Source: an uncultured Ignavibacteria bacterium (lineage in GTDB: Bacteria; Zixibacteria; MSB-5A5; DSPP01). From it: a stretch of DNA of 64,000 nucleotides. Shown piece after piece: positions 54,812-64,000 of the stretch. Each line of letters begins with the position of its first letter. Positions within the stretch are counted from its first letter, which is position 1. A program made the translations under genes and the position numbers. The stretch is from assembly GCA_964607165.1 (NCBI GenBank), contig CAZSIT010000012.1, forward strand, positions 4,301 to 68,300, read 5' to 3'. A model generated the notes under the pieces. That model saw nothing but the letters and a program-made list of their open reading frames with translations, had not been told where the DNA came from and searched no databases.

Positions 54812-56335
54812 ATGCGAAAAGCGGGGTGTTTGATTGTTTTCAGCATACTTCCCGTATTTGTCCAGCCGGCGGCCCTGGTGCCGCGCTTTCTGGCCCTGCC
54901 GCCCGGCAGCGGGTCAAATTCCATCGTGACCACAGCCGACTTCAACCGGGACGGGCGGCCGGACATTGCGGTTTTGAATTCCTTTGTGCGGGATTCAGTT
55001 TTTGTCTTTTTGCGAAACGGCGCCGGGGATTTCGACCCGCCGGTCGTTTCCCGAACCGGAGGAGCGCTCCCCAGCGAGTTTGCCGTGGGGAATTTCGACG
55101 GCGATTTGAATCCTGATTTGGCCGTGGGGCAGTTTTTGGATTCCACCTTTTCCATTTTGCTGGGAGCGGGGGACGGGAGTTTTTCCATCGCTCCCAATAG
55201 CTGGCCGAAAACCCGCGGTTTTGCCCAGTTTCTGGCGGCCGGGGACGTCAACAGTGACGGCTTTGACGACGTGATTGCGGGGATAAGCTTGAACAGCACG
55301 ACAGACGCAGACACCGTTTTTGTTTTCTTTGGCAATGGAAGCGCCGGTTTTTCGGCACCGATTGCGCTTCCCACCGGCGGGCACGGGCTGGGCCAAATCG
55401 TTTTGTCACCCGCCTTTGCCTCGCAACCGGCAGGGCCGATGGTGATATGTCTCAACCACGGGCTGCACGACACGCTGGATGTTTTCCGGGTAGGGGTCTA
55501 CCGAAGCCTGGGGGGAACGGCCTTCACGCCCTTGACCGCCTATGAAGCAGGGGAAGAACCGCGTTATTCGACCTGGGGATATTTTGACGCCGACACGCTT
55601 ATCGACCTGATCGTAGGTAATCACGAGAGTTTGAATTTTTACCTCTTTACGGGCAAAAAACCGGGGGCAGACAGCCTGTTTTTGGAAGAAAGCATTCCAG
55701 TGCCGGACTCAGCAACCGATTCAGCAGGAGCGGAAATACAGTATCTTGTTTCCGCGGACTTTAATAATGATGGAAAGACAGATTTGGCATTCAATAACCA
55801 CGTTCCCGGCCACAAAGGAACCTGGTTCCAATTCGGAAACGGTGATGGGACCTTTCAGCCGGGGGTTTTCGTCCAGATTCCGGACTCGATTGGCAACCAG
55901 CCGTTCTTTTTAACCCCCAACAACCTCGCCTCTGCCGATTTTGACGGAAACGGTATGGAAGATGTGGCCGTGGCAACCACCAGCTCGGATTCCATTTACT
56001 ACATACTTTCCGGAATTTCCACTAACGTTCGGGATATTCGGCCGGGGCAGGTGCCCCGCGAATACTCCCTTTTCCAGAACTACCCTAACCCGTTCAACGC
56101 CAATACGCAGATACGTTTTGCCCTGCCAAAAGCCGGGCACGCAACGCTTGAGATTTACAACTTGCTGGGGCAAAAGGCGATAACTTTGGTCGATGGGTAT
56201 CTTACCGCAGGGGTTAAAATCGTCAGTTGGGACGGGCGGGACAACCGGGGTGCGGCCGTTCCTTCAGGCATCTACTTTTATCGCCTACGCTCCCAGGATT
56301 TTGTGCAAACCAAAAAGATGTTGCTTGTCAAATAA
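54812..56335 (+). CDS. FG-GAP repeat protein with C-terminal FlgD/T9SS-type sorting domain
   Basis: ADFNRDGRPDIAV repeats; LFQNYPNPFN..SGIYFYRL..KKMLLVK. Confidence 0.88.
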   Translation: MRKAGCLIVFSILPVFVQPAALVPRFLALPPGSGSNSIVTTADFNRDGRPDIAVLNSFVRDSVFVFLRNGAGDFDPPVVSRTGGALPSEFAVGNFDGDLNPDLAVGQFLDSTFSILLGAGDGSFSIAPNSWPKTRGFAQFLAAGDVNSDGFDDVIAGISLNSTTDADTVFVFFGNGSAGFSAPIALPTGGHGLGQIVLSPAFASQPAGPMVICLNHGLHDTLDVFRVGVYRSLGGTAFTPLTAYEAGEEPRYSTWGYFDADTLIDLIVGNHESLNFYLFTGKKPGADSLFLEESIPVPDSATDSAGAEIQYLVSADFNNDGKTDLAFNNHVPGHKGTWFQFGNGDGTFQPGVFVQIPDSIGNQPFFLTPNNLASADFDGNGMEDVAVATTSSDSIYYILSGISTNVRDIRPGQVPREYSLFQNYPNPFNANTQIRFALPKAGHATLEIYNLLGQKAITLVDGYLTAGVKIVSWDGRDNRGAAVPSGIYFYRLRSQDFVQTKKMLLVK

Positions 56336-56337
56336 CC

Positions 56338-56595
56338 GTGGAATTTTCGCTCCCTATACCCGGTGTTGCTTTATGAAGGAGACTACGTCTTGACGCCAAG
56401 GCAGTTCCGGATATATTTAACGCAGTTGGACAGAAAGCGGCAACGCTGGTCGAATCTTTCCAGAAGGCCGGCCGCTACCAGTCGGTTTTTGATGGGAAGG
56501 GCAAAACTGGAAGGGCGCTTTCATCCGGGGTCTATTTTTATCGTTTAGAGGCGGGAAGCTTTGCCGGGGTTAACAAGATGATATACGTGAAATGA
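56338..56595 (+). pseudogene. orphan FlgD/T9SS-type C-terminal domain fragment
   Basis: One frame: VEFSLPIPGVAL*..DIFNAVGQKAATLV..SSGVYFYRLEAGSF..KMIYVK*. Confidence 0.75.
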
Positions 56596-56706
56596 AGCGG
56601 GAGCGCTGCCCTCCCGAAAGCGAAAGGAGGATTTTCCTGACAGTCAAAAAGAAAAGATCGCGGGGGCGCAACGAGGTAAACCCTTTAAGTTTTTTTAGGA
56701 GGAATT

Positions 56707-57240
56707 ATGCGAAAAACTTTGATTGGCCTTATTGCTTTAACGCTGTTTATTACGCCGGCTTTTGCGACACATTTGGTGGATTCCGTGCGCATCACGGTAA
56801 GCTCAGGCAGTCATACCATCAGCACCACTTCTTTTCCGAACGGGGTCTGGTTTGACCTGCCAGGGGGAGTGCGGGAAACAGTGAAGACTTCACCGCCTTT
56901 TCCAACTGTTGCACCGGGAAACGTAGTTTCGGTCACGCGCAACTTAGTATCCGATCCCGATACGGTAGTTGGGGCTAACTTTGATATGTCGATGGATGGC
57001 GTGCCGCATGGCGGATCAAACCATTATACGGGGGCTTCCTGGCTGGCGCACTTAAACCAGCTTGGCGACCTAATCGGCCATTCTCCCAACGATGCGGACG
57101 TTAAATACCAGCTGGTTTTGAAAGCGGACCCGCCTCCCAAGGTGCCGGCTTTGACCCCGTTCGGTCTTGCCGCTCTGATTCTGCTATTGACCGGAGTCGG
57201 GTTCTATTATTTTTTGCGCCGCAGACGAATGATGGTTTAG
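56707..57240 (+). CDS. secreted IPTL-CTERM sorting domain protein
   Basis: Signal peptide; C-terminal VPALTPFGL, TM helix, RRRR; AGGAGG RBS. Confidence 0.8.
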   Translation: MRKTLIGLIALTLFITPAFATHLVDSVRITVSSGSHTISTTSFPNGVWFDLPGGVRETVKTSPPFPTVAPGNVVSVTRNLVSDPDTVVGANFDMSMDGVPHGGSNHYTGASWLAHLNQLGDLIGHSPNDADVKYQLVLKADPPPKVPALTPFGLAALILLLTGVGFYYFLRRRRMMV

Positions 57241-57257
57241 TTTTTTTCAAATCAGAG

Positions 57258-57295
57258 TAACGGCCTCCTTTTGAGCAGGGGGCCGTTATTTTTTT
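57258..57295. terminator. intrinsic terminator
   Basis: taacggcc..ggccgtta plus T-tract. Confidence 0.7.
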
Positions 57296-57299
57296 GGAA

Positions 57300-58142
57300 C
57301 TATTTTATTGTGGCGAGCAAGTTCAAGTTGAGATAATAAAAATCTAAAACCTCCAAAGAGCGCGCCATTTTTGGCGAGAAGATGCGAACTATATCGGGCA
57401 GGGTAGTGCCAAGACCAAAGCGCAATTCGCGCAAAGGAGAAATGCGATTGGAGGCCCTGCGGGTGCCATAACCAATTCCGAGTGAGAAAGGCTGTCTATC
57501 ATCCCATTTCAGCGGGGGGCGGTAGGTGCCCCAGAAGATGAAGTTATCGAACTGCTCGCCGGTTTGGGAAAAGAGATGATTTTGCGAGAAAAATGGGTTG
57601 GATTTTGCGCTTGTTTTGATATCCCAGTTACCTGGATGGTTCAGCTTCAACAGACCCAAGCCTATACCTGCATAATCGGCAATCAAATCTTCCACGCCAA
57701 AGCCCTGGGTGGTATTGAAAGCGTCCATCGGAACTTCAACGAACGTTAAAAGAAAAGCGCTTTCGAGGGCGCTGAATATTTTGGCTTTTTTGGGAGAAAA
57801 GCCGGTCCAGCGATAGGCACGATAGAATTCTTTTGTGAGCGTGTAACCGAAAAAAAGATGGCTGACTTCATCGTTTTGCGCCAGGTAGTCACCAGACCAA
57901 TCGTTTTTAAAATGAAATTTTCCGGTTGAGCCGCCCCAGCTTTTCTGGGTTTGGTCATACGTGTAAACGAGAGCAACGGCGTGCCCACCGCCTAAAATCA
58001 AGAGCCGGGAAGATTTTGGTTTGTAGATGGAAGGCAAAGTTACCGGCGAAGCATACTGCAAAACGGAGTCGAGCTTGGCCGGCGGCTCGGCGAAAAGAGC
58101 TGATGTGGTGAGGCAGAAAAGAAAGATTGCGATATTTTTCAA
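57300..58142 (-). CDS. DUF2279/YfiM-like protein
   Basis: FHFKNDW..QNDEVSHLFFGY, EVPMDAF..GFGVEDLIADYAG. Confidence 0.72.
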   Translation of the reverse strand: MKNIAIFLFCLTTSALFAEPPAKLDSVLQYASPVTLPSIYKPKSSRLLILGGGHAVALVYTYDQTQKSWGGSTGKFHFKNDWSGDYLAQNDEVSHLFFGYTLTKEFYRAYRWTGFSPKKAKIFSALESAFLLTFVEVPMDAFNTTQGFGVEDLIADYAGIGLGLLKLNHPGNWDIKTSAKSNPFFSQNHLFSQTGEQFDNFIFWGTYRPPLKWDDRQPFSLGIGYGTRRASNRISPLRELRFGLGTTLPDIVRIFSPKMARSLEVLDFYYLNLNLLATIK

Positions 58143-59212
58143 ATTCTTTTTCCGGTTTGAGAGTCGAAAAAGAAAAAGTCTTCAGGATTTAGAGCTATTG
58201 ATTCGGGAACGAGTTCCGTTTTTTCCGGCGTCCGGACCGAAAACTTCTGGCCGTCCGGCGTCTGGAAATGATAGAAAAATTCATGGCCGAAATTTTCGAT
58301 GGTTTGAAGTTGGGCCGGAATGTTCAAAGAGTTATTTTCGGTTGTCTTTGAAAGTTTAGCTTTTTCAGGGCGAAAACCGAGGGTGATTTTAGCGGAAGCG
58401 GCGGTTTTTCCCTTTAGAAACTCTGGCAAAGGGAGTTTCCAGCTTTCAAAATTCAGGGCGCCGTCAGAAAAACCGGAGCTTGTTAGGGCGTTCATACCGG
58501 GATGGCCGAAAAATTGGGCAACAAAGAGCGTTTGCGGGTTGTTGTAAATCTCCTCGGGCGTGCCGGTTTGCAACAATTCACCTGCGCGCATCACCCCGAT
58601 TTGGTCTCCCAGGCTCATCGCCTCGGTTTGATCGTGGGTGACGTAAAGAGTGGCTGCTTTCAGTTCTTTTTTCAGTCCCAATAGTTCCTGGCGGACGCGC
58701 TGGCGCAAAGCGGCGTCTAAATTCGATAACGGCTCGTCCAAGAGCAGAACTTTCGGTTCGCGCACCATAGCGCGGCCCAACGCGACGCGCTGGCGTTCGC
58801 CGCCCGAAAGGGCTTTAGGTTTTCGCTCTAAAAGATGAGAGAGGCCGAGCAGTTCGGCGGTTTTGTGGACTTTGGTTTTGATTTCGTCCTTGGGAACTTT
58901 TTTCAATTTAAGTCCAAAGGCGATGTTTTCGAAAACGGTCATATGCGGATAAAGGGCATAGTTTTGAAAAACCATCGCCACCTCCCGCTCTTTAGGAGGG
59001 AGCTGGTTTACCTTTCGCTCCCCGATTAGAATTTCTCCCTCACTGGGGTCAGATAATCCAGCCACAAGGCGGAGGGTCGTTGATTTACCACAACCGGAAG
59101 GGCCGACTAAGACTAAGAAACTTCTGTCGGCAACTTCAAATGAAACCTGTTTGGGGATTTCGGCGCCGTTTTCAAAACGATGTGAGACTTGTTTGAGTGA
59201 GAGCGATGCCAT
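58139..59212 (-). CDS. carbohydrate ABC transporter ATP-binding protein (MalK/UgpC-like)
   Basis: GPSGCGKS, MVFQNYALYPHM, LSGGERQR, YVTHDQTEAM. Confidence 0.92.
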   Translation of the reverse strand: MASLSLKQVSHRFENGAEIPKQVSFEVADRSFLVLVGPSGCGKSTTLRLVAGLSDPSEGEILIGERKVNQLPPKEREVAMVFQNYALYPHMTVFENIAFGLKLKKVPKDEIKTKVHKTAELLGLSHLLERKPKALSGGERQRVALGRAMVREPKVLLLDEPLSNLDAALRQRVRQELLGLKKELKAATLYVTHDQTEAMSLGDQIGVMRAGELLQTGTPEEIYNNPQTLFVAQFFGHPGMNALTSSGFSDGALNFESWKLPLPEFLKGKTAASAKITLGFRPEKAKLSKTTENNSLNIPAQLQTIENFGHEFFYHFQTPDGQKFSVRTPEKTELVPESIALNPEDFFFFDSQTGKRI

Positions 59213-59340
59213 TGAAAATAAGATAAACAATCGATTCGGATTGTCAAAAAAAACCGACAGGTTTGTCGGTTTTTGTCCGACTATTTTGCTTACAGACAGG
59301 AATTGATTGCTTACCAAGGGCTTACGGGAGTCGATAGATA

Positions 59341-59396
59341 TTGACTAAAGGCCTTAAAGATAGTATAATTAAATGCCGACTTTTAGAGTCGGGTAT
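59341..59396 (+). promoter_or_regulatory. sigma70 promoter plus IscR type-1-like operator
   Basis: TTGACT-17-TATAAT (59341-59369); ATGCCGACT-TTTAG-AGTCGGGTAT immediately downstream. Confidence 0.75.
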
Positions 59397-59837
59397 ATGT
59401 TTACGCTAAGCAAAAAAACGGATTACGGGCTTTTGGCCATCGGGTATCTTTGGTTGGCGGGCCAGGAAAAACGGGTTTCGGCCAAAGAGATTTCCAGCCG
59501 ATACGAGATCCCAACCGAGCTTTTAGCCAAAATCTTACAAAAGCTGGCCCGGCGCGGCATTGTGGAAGCGGTTCCGGGACCTTCGGGCGGGTATCGGCTG
59601 GCCAAAGAAGCCCGCGAGATCCGATTGACGGACGTGATTGTGGCGGTGGGAGACGAAGTGGCGCTTATCACCTGTTTAAAGCACGACCACAACGACTGTG
59701 AGCAGATTGGCTGCTGCACCGTGCGGGGACCTCTGGTGCGGGTGCAGGAAAAGTTGATTGATTATCTGGGGCGCATAAATTTGGAAGAATTGTACCGGCC
59801 GGATTATTTGATTCCGGTGGAAGAAATTAAAGTGTAA
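59397..59837 (+). CDS. Rrf2 family regulator (IscR-like)
   Basis: KKTDYGL, LAKILQKL, GPSGGYRLA, three Cys positions in the C-terminal half. Confidence 0.9.
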   Translation: MFTLSKKTDYGLLAIGYLWLAGQEKRVSAKEISSRYEIPTELLAKILQKLARRGIVEAVPGPSGGYRLAKEAREIRLTDVIVAVGDEVALITCLKHDHNDCEQIGCCTVRGPLVRVQEKLIDYLGRINLEELYRPDYLIPVEEIKV

Positions 59838-59868
59838 TGGATTCGACTTCGCTCACCATAAAGGAGAA

Positions 59869-60228
59869 ATGATGACGGAAACTGTAAATGCCCTGCCGGA
59901 AGGAAAAATTCTCGTAACCGACACCGCCGTTCTGGAAATCAAAAAAATTCTGGAGCGGCAGAGCAATCCGGCCACTTTTTTGCGGGTTGGCGTGAAAGGC
60001 GGGGGATGCTCTGGTCTATCTTATATCATGAATCTGGACACCCAGATGGGAGAATTGGATCGGGTTTTCGAGTTTGGCGGCGTCAAGGTAGTGGTGGATG
60101 TAAAATCGCTGGTGTATCTGAACGAGTTGACCCTGGACTATACCGGCGATTTGCTGAACGGTGCTTTTCGCTTCAACAATCCCCAGGCCAAACGGAGCTG
60201 CGGCTGCGGCAGTTCCTTTAGCGTATAG
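59869..60228 (+). CDS. iscA: A-type Fe-S carrier (IscA/SufA/ErpA family)
   Basis: GGGCSGLSY and CGCGSSF. Confidence 0.9.
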   Translation: MMTETVNALPEGKILVTDTAVLEIKKILERQSNPATFLRVGVKGGGCSGLSYIMNLDTQMGELDRVFEFGGVKVVVDVKSLVYLNELTLDYTGDLLNGAFRFNNPQAKRSCGCGSSFSV

Positions 60229-60257
60229 ATATGGATTCGACCAGCTCACCATTAAAA

Positions 60258-60503
60258 ATGGAAGTAATCGATTTTGCCGATTTGGTCTCCGGCGGGATGG
60301 TGCAGGAAGAAGCGTTTAATAAAACTTTGCAGTCTGTACCCTGGCAGAAATATCAGGGAAAGGATGTTCTGATTCGGGGGTGCGCTTCCTTTCCGGTTCC
60401 GACCTGGGCCTATATGATGCTGGCGGCCCGCCTGGCCGGCGTGGCGCAGAAAATAACTTTTGGCGAAGAGCGCAATCCCTTTCCCATCTACGAGCGGGCC
60501 TAG
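60258..60503 (+). CDS. DUF2480-like small protein
   Basis: WQKYQGKDVLIRGC..VPTWAYMMLA..FGE. Confidence 0.7.
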   Translation: MEVIDFADLVSGGMVQEEAFNKTLQSVPWQKYQGKDVLIRGCASFPVPTWAYMMLAARLAGVAQKITFGEERNPFPIYERA

Positions 60504-60674
60504 TCAAACGTTTTTCCCCGGTGTTTACCAAAAGCCGCCCGTTGCTCAAACTCTTTTTTCTCTTTGCTGGTTACATTCGGCGTGGGGGCGAACCTTGTGT
60601 TCGCCAGCCGAAGGGCGAATACGGTTCGACTACGCTCACCGCAGGCAAGATTCGCCCCTATGAGAACCTAATAA

Positions 60675-61037
60675 ATGCCGAAGGTCTCTTTTAAAAACCT
60701 TGATAAAACGGTAGAAGCATTTGATGGGCAGTCGATTTTAGATGCCGCCCTGGATAACGACATTGCGCTGACCCATGATTGCGGAGGGAATTGCACCTGT
60801 TCCACCTGCCATGTTATTATCCTGGAAGGGATGGAAAATCTTACGGAAAAAGACGAAGCCGAGCAGGACCAACTGGAACTGGCGGAAGGGTTGACCGAAA
60901 CGTCACGGTTGGGATGCCAGGCGAAAGTAAGCGGGGATGTAGTACTGAAACTTCCTTCCAATAATTCTCCGGTTTCCGATACCTCGGCTACGCTCGGAAC
61001 AAGCCCGGCTTTTCGAATTGGTGCTCCGACTGGATGA
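60675..61037 (+). CDS. fdx: 2Fe-2S ferredoxin (adrenodoxin/ISC type)
   Basis: CGGNCTCSTCH, SRLGCQ. Confidence 0.9.
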   Translation: MPKVSFKNLDKTVEAFDGQSILDAALDNDIALTHDCGGNCTCSTCHVIILEGMENLTEKDEAEQDQLELAEGLTETSRLGCQAKVSGDVVLKLPSNNSPVSDTSATLGTSPAFRIGAPTG

Positions 61038-61221
61038 GGTGCAGGAAAATTTGAGACGGTGAAAACCTAACCCCCTTTATCCCCCTTCCCCTTGTCTGTG
61101 CTCCCTCGACCAAGCTCGGGACAAGTCGGGACAAGCCCGAAACGGGAAGGGGGAAGAATCTTCTCCTGTGTCAGGGAGAGGTTAGGGGGAGGGATTCGGG
61201 TAAATGTATGGAAAAGGGAAG

Positions 61222-62259
61222 ATGGACGAAAAAATTTACGACGTAACCGTCATTGGAGCGGGGCCGGTTGGGTTATTTGCCGCCTATTATGCCGGGTTGC
61301 GCGACCTTTCAATCAAAATTTTAGATTCACTCCCCTATATCGGGGGACAGTTGACAACGCTCTATCCCAAAAAGCCGGTTTACGATGTGGCCGGCTGCCC
61401 GGCGGTCATCTCCGAAGAGCTGGTCAAAAATCTGATGGAACAGGTCCGGCAGTATAAACCGGCGGTGGTTTTAGGAGAGCGGATACTGGAACTGCAGCGG
61501 TTGGATAACGGTCACTATTTGCTCAAAGGAGACCAGCGCACTACTCATCTTTCTAAAACGCTCATTATTACTGCGGGTATTGGAGTTTTTGCTCCGCGGA
61601 AGTTGGAAAAGCCGGAGGTGGAGGCCTGGCTGGGGCGGGGATTTTATTACGGGGTTTTAGACCCGGAAGAGTTTCGCGGCAAACGGGTAATCATCATCGG
61701 CGGCGGCGACACTGCTCTGGATTGGGCGTTGGTGCTCAAGGATGTTGCCAAGAGTTTGGTTTTGGTTCATCGCTCGGCCAAGTTTGCAGCCCACGAGGAC
61801 AGCACGAAAAAACTTTTTGCTTCCGGCATTCCGATTTTTACCACCACGGAAGTCGAGTCGGTTTCCGGGAATTCGAGAATCGAGCGGGCCTTTATCTTAA
61901 ACAAGCAGACGCAGGAGAAAAAAGAATTTGATGTAGATGCCGTGGTCTGTTGTATCGGCTATGCCGCCAATTTAGGGCCTTTGAAAACCTGGGGGCTTGA
62001 GTTTGGTCCCGGGCACACCATCAAAGTTAATCAGCATATGGAAACCAACCTGCCCGGCGTTTATGCCGCCGGGGATATTTGCGGCTTCGATGGCAAGTTG
62101 AAACTGATTGCCACCGGTTTTGGCGAAGCCGCCGTGGCGGCCAACAACGCCGCGCATTTTATCAATCCTTCCGCCAAGGTCTTTCCCGGATATTCCACCA
62201 ATTTTGTGGAAGAGAAGAAAGCCAAAGAGGCGGAGAAACAGACGCAGCCTCACCCCTGA
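61222..62259 (+). CDS. thioredoxin-reductase-like ferredoxin--NADP+ reductase (YumC type)
   Basis: GAGPVG, GGQLTTLYPKK, GGGDTALDW, KLIATGFGEA; no CxxC. Confidence 0.88.
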   Translation: MDEKIYDVTVIGAGPVGLFAAYYAGLRDLSIKILDSLPYIGGQLTTLYPKKPVYDVAGCPAVISEELVKNLMEQVRQYKPAVVLGERILELQRLDNGHYLLKGDQRTTHLSKTLIITAGIGVFAPRKLEKPEVEAWLGRGFYYGVLDPEEFRGKRVIIIGGGDTALDWALVLKDVAKSLVLVHRSAKFAAHEDSTKKLFASGIPIFTTTEVESVSGNSRIERAFILNKQTQEKKEFDVDAVVCCIGYAANLGPLKTWGLEFGPGHTIKVNQHMETNLPGVYAAGDICGFDGKLKLIATGFGEAAVAANNAAHFINPSAKVFPGYSTNFVEEKKAKEAEKQTQPHP

Positions 62260-62480
62260 CCCCCCTTCCCGAATCGGGAAGGGGGAAAGGGGTGAACGGC
62301 AGTTCGCCCCTATTATTTTAATCCCCAATCTCCTTGTCCTTGTGTAAGGGCGGTTCGCGAACCGCCCCTACAAGGGCAGGCACCCCTCGACTTCGCTCGG
62401 GGCAAGCAAAGACCTGCCCCTACAAGAAATACAGAACGCAACGGGCACGTTGCCCGCCTCTGGCGGGTGCCCCTACGTTT
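62255..62480. repeat. REP-like palindrome cluster
   Basis: gggcggttcgcgaaccgcccctac, nested cccctcgacttcgctcggggcaagc, further ..cccctac units. Confidence 0.75.
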
Positions 62481-62614
62481 TCCCTTGCCTCCCCAAAACG
62501 GTTAGTTATCTTTTACCTGCATACAGGTGTTAGCATTAGCGGCAGACGGAGGGATTTGCCGAAAAGGGAAAGGTGTGTCGAAACAAAAAAACAAAACCAA
62601 ACAGGAGGTGTGCG

Positions 62615-64000
62615 ATGAAACGCATTACGTTTTTGCCGGGTTGTAAACCCGGCCTACTGTGGGCGGTGGCTTTGATGGTGTTGGCCTTTTTATCTCAAAT
62701 CGCAATGGCCGCCGTTCCGCAGTTAATCAACTTTCAGGGCATCCTGCGGGACGGGAGCGGCAATCCGGTGGTGAACGGGAATTATTCTGTCCGGTTCAGA
62801 ATTTACGACGACCCCACGGTTGGCAATGTGCTCTGGTCGGAGTCAACCTCGGTGAGCACAAACAATGGCTTGTTCACGGTTCTTTTGGGCGCCGTCATCC
62901 CGGTGCCGGATACCGCCTTTAACAACCCCGACCGCTGGCTGGGAATCAAGGTCGGTGGGGATGCGGAGATGGCGCCGAGGCAGAAACTAACTTCGGTTGG
63001 CTACACTTTTCGAACCGAGCAGTGGACCTCCGCCGGGCAGGATCTCTTCCGAACGACTGGCAATGTCGGCATTGGAACCGGTCCGTCCCCCGGCTATAAG
63101 CTATGGGTCTATAACGATGGGAGTAGCCCGTTCCAATTAAGAGGCGTAATAGGCGAAGCCAATAACAGCTCTTTCGGCGAAGCCGACGGTGGGTATTTTT
63201 CCGGCAGCTCATCTTTCGGAACAAGCCGTGGCGTTTATGCCACTGGAGGATTCGAGGGCGTTTTTGCCAGCGGAGGAATCACTGGCGTTACTGGCAACGG
63301 AGGAACTGATGGCGTTAATGCCATTGGCGGCACGTTCGGCGTTGAGGCCACGGGCGGCACGTACGGTGTTTCCGCCGTGGGCGGCACGTTCGGTGTTTAC
63401 GGTCGTTCTACCGGAGCCGCCGCCGTCTATGGCGACATCGGTGGGAACCTCGGGACGTATGGGGGTTATTTCCAAGGAGACGTTAAAGTAGAGCGAAATC
63501 TTGTCGTGGTCGGCACGGTATTCAAAGGGGCTCTTGCCTTCAAAATTGACCACCCGCTTGATCCCTCCAACAAATATCTCCATCACTCTGGTGTCGAAAG
63601 CCCGGATATGATGAATATCTACAACGGCAATGTTACCCTGGATTCCAAGGGTGAAGCGGTGATTGCCTTACCGGACTGGTTCGGAGCGCTGAACAAGGAC
63701 TTCCGCTATCAACTCACCGCCATCGGTGCACCCGGGCCCAACCTCTACATAGCGCAAAAGGTCTCTAACAACCAATTCCGCATCGCCGGTGGAACTGCGG
63801 GAATGGAGGTCTCCTGGCAGGTGACCGGCATCCGACAGGATGCCTATGCCAATGCCCACCGGATTCCGGTGGAGGAAATGAAAGCGGATAAGGAGCGGGG
63901 ATATTATTTGCACCCTGACCTTTTTGGCCAGCCGGAAGAGAAGGGCGTGGAATGGGTGCGCCATCCGGAGATGATGAAGGAGATGAAGGAGAGAAGGCTG
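62615..64000 (+). CDS. secreted protein with Gly-rich repeats and tail-fibre/S74-chaperone-like C-terminal region (runs off the window)
   Basis: RBS aggagg, ATG 62615, signal peptide, AVPQLINFQGILRD, FKIDHPLDP..HSGVESP; missing from the ORF track because no stop falls in the window. Confidence 0.8.
   Translation, partial: MKRITFLPGCKPGLLWAVALMVLAFLSQIAMAAVPQLINFQGILRDGSGNPVVNGNYSVRFRIYDDPTVGNVLWSESTSVSTNNGLFTVLLGAVIPVPDTAFNNPDRWLGIKVGGDAEMAPRQKLTSVGYTFRTEQWTSAGQDLFRTTGNVGIGTGPSPGYKLWVYNDGSSPFQLRGVIGEANNSSFGEADGGYFSGSSSFGTSRGVYATGGFEGVFASGGITGVTGNGGTDGVNAIGGTFGVEATGGTYGVSAVGGTFGVYGRSTGAAAVYGDIGGNLGTYGGYFQGDVKVERNLVVVGTVFKGALAFKIDHPLDPSNKYLHHSGVESPDMMNIYNGNVTLDSKGEAVIALPDWFGALNKDFRYQLTAIGAPGPNLYIAQKVSNNQFRIAGGTAGMEVSWQVTGIRQDAYANAHRIPVEEMKADKERGYYLHPDLFGQPEEKGVEWVRHPEMMKEMKERRL

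Noticed and set aside
62615-64000. Prophage tail gene
   Set aside because: Has a signal peptide and no phage genes nearby; more likely a cellular surface protein

Overview
Bacterial chromosomal window, genetic code 11, about 55 genes. The mix of FG-GAP proteins with C-terminal dockerin-like or FlgD/T9SS-like sorting domains, an IPTL-CTERM protein and a moxR-DUF58-batABCDE locus suggests an FCB-superphylum organism such as candidate Zixibacteria (inference only). Contents in order: TnsA-like nuclease; ECF sigma/anti-sigma; DUF2064-creatininase-ribA; two ABC exporters; M24 peptidase and UbiA/DGGGP-synthase-like gene; bat locus; winged-helix regulator/UppS/DUF4173 operon; tRNA-Glu region; PD40-amidohydrolase; FG-GAP proteins; a ~2670-aa modular surface protein; tRNA-Ser; Rrf2-IscA-ferredoxin-FNR cluster; a 3'-truncated secreted protein. 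The most unusual signal is non-genic. Several families of 25-35 bp palindromic elements sit inside each other, in frame inside a protein gene, and inside a complete duplicate of tRNA-Glu whose anticodon reads CTT (Lys). The same region has a tandemly duplicated tRNA promoter and a gene flanked by ~222-bp direct repeats. Several genes carry single lesions (in-frame stops, a 1-bp frameshift, an 8-bp duplication). All calls come from reading motifs by eye; no searches were run.
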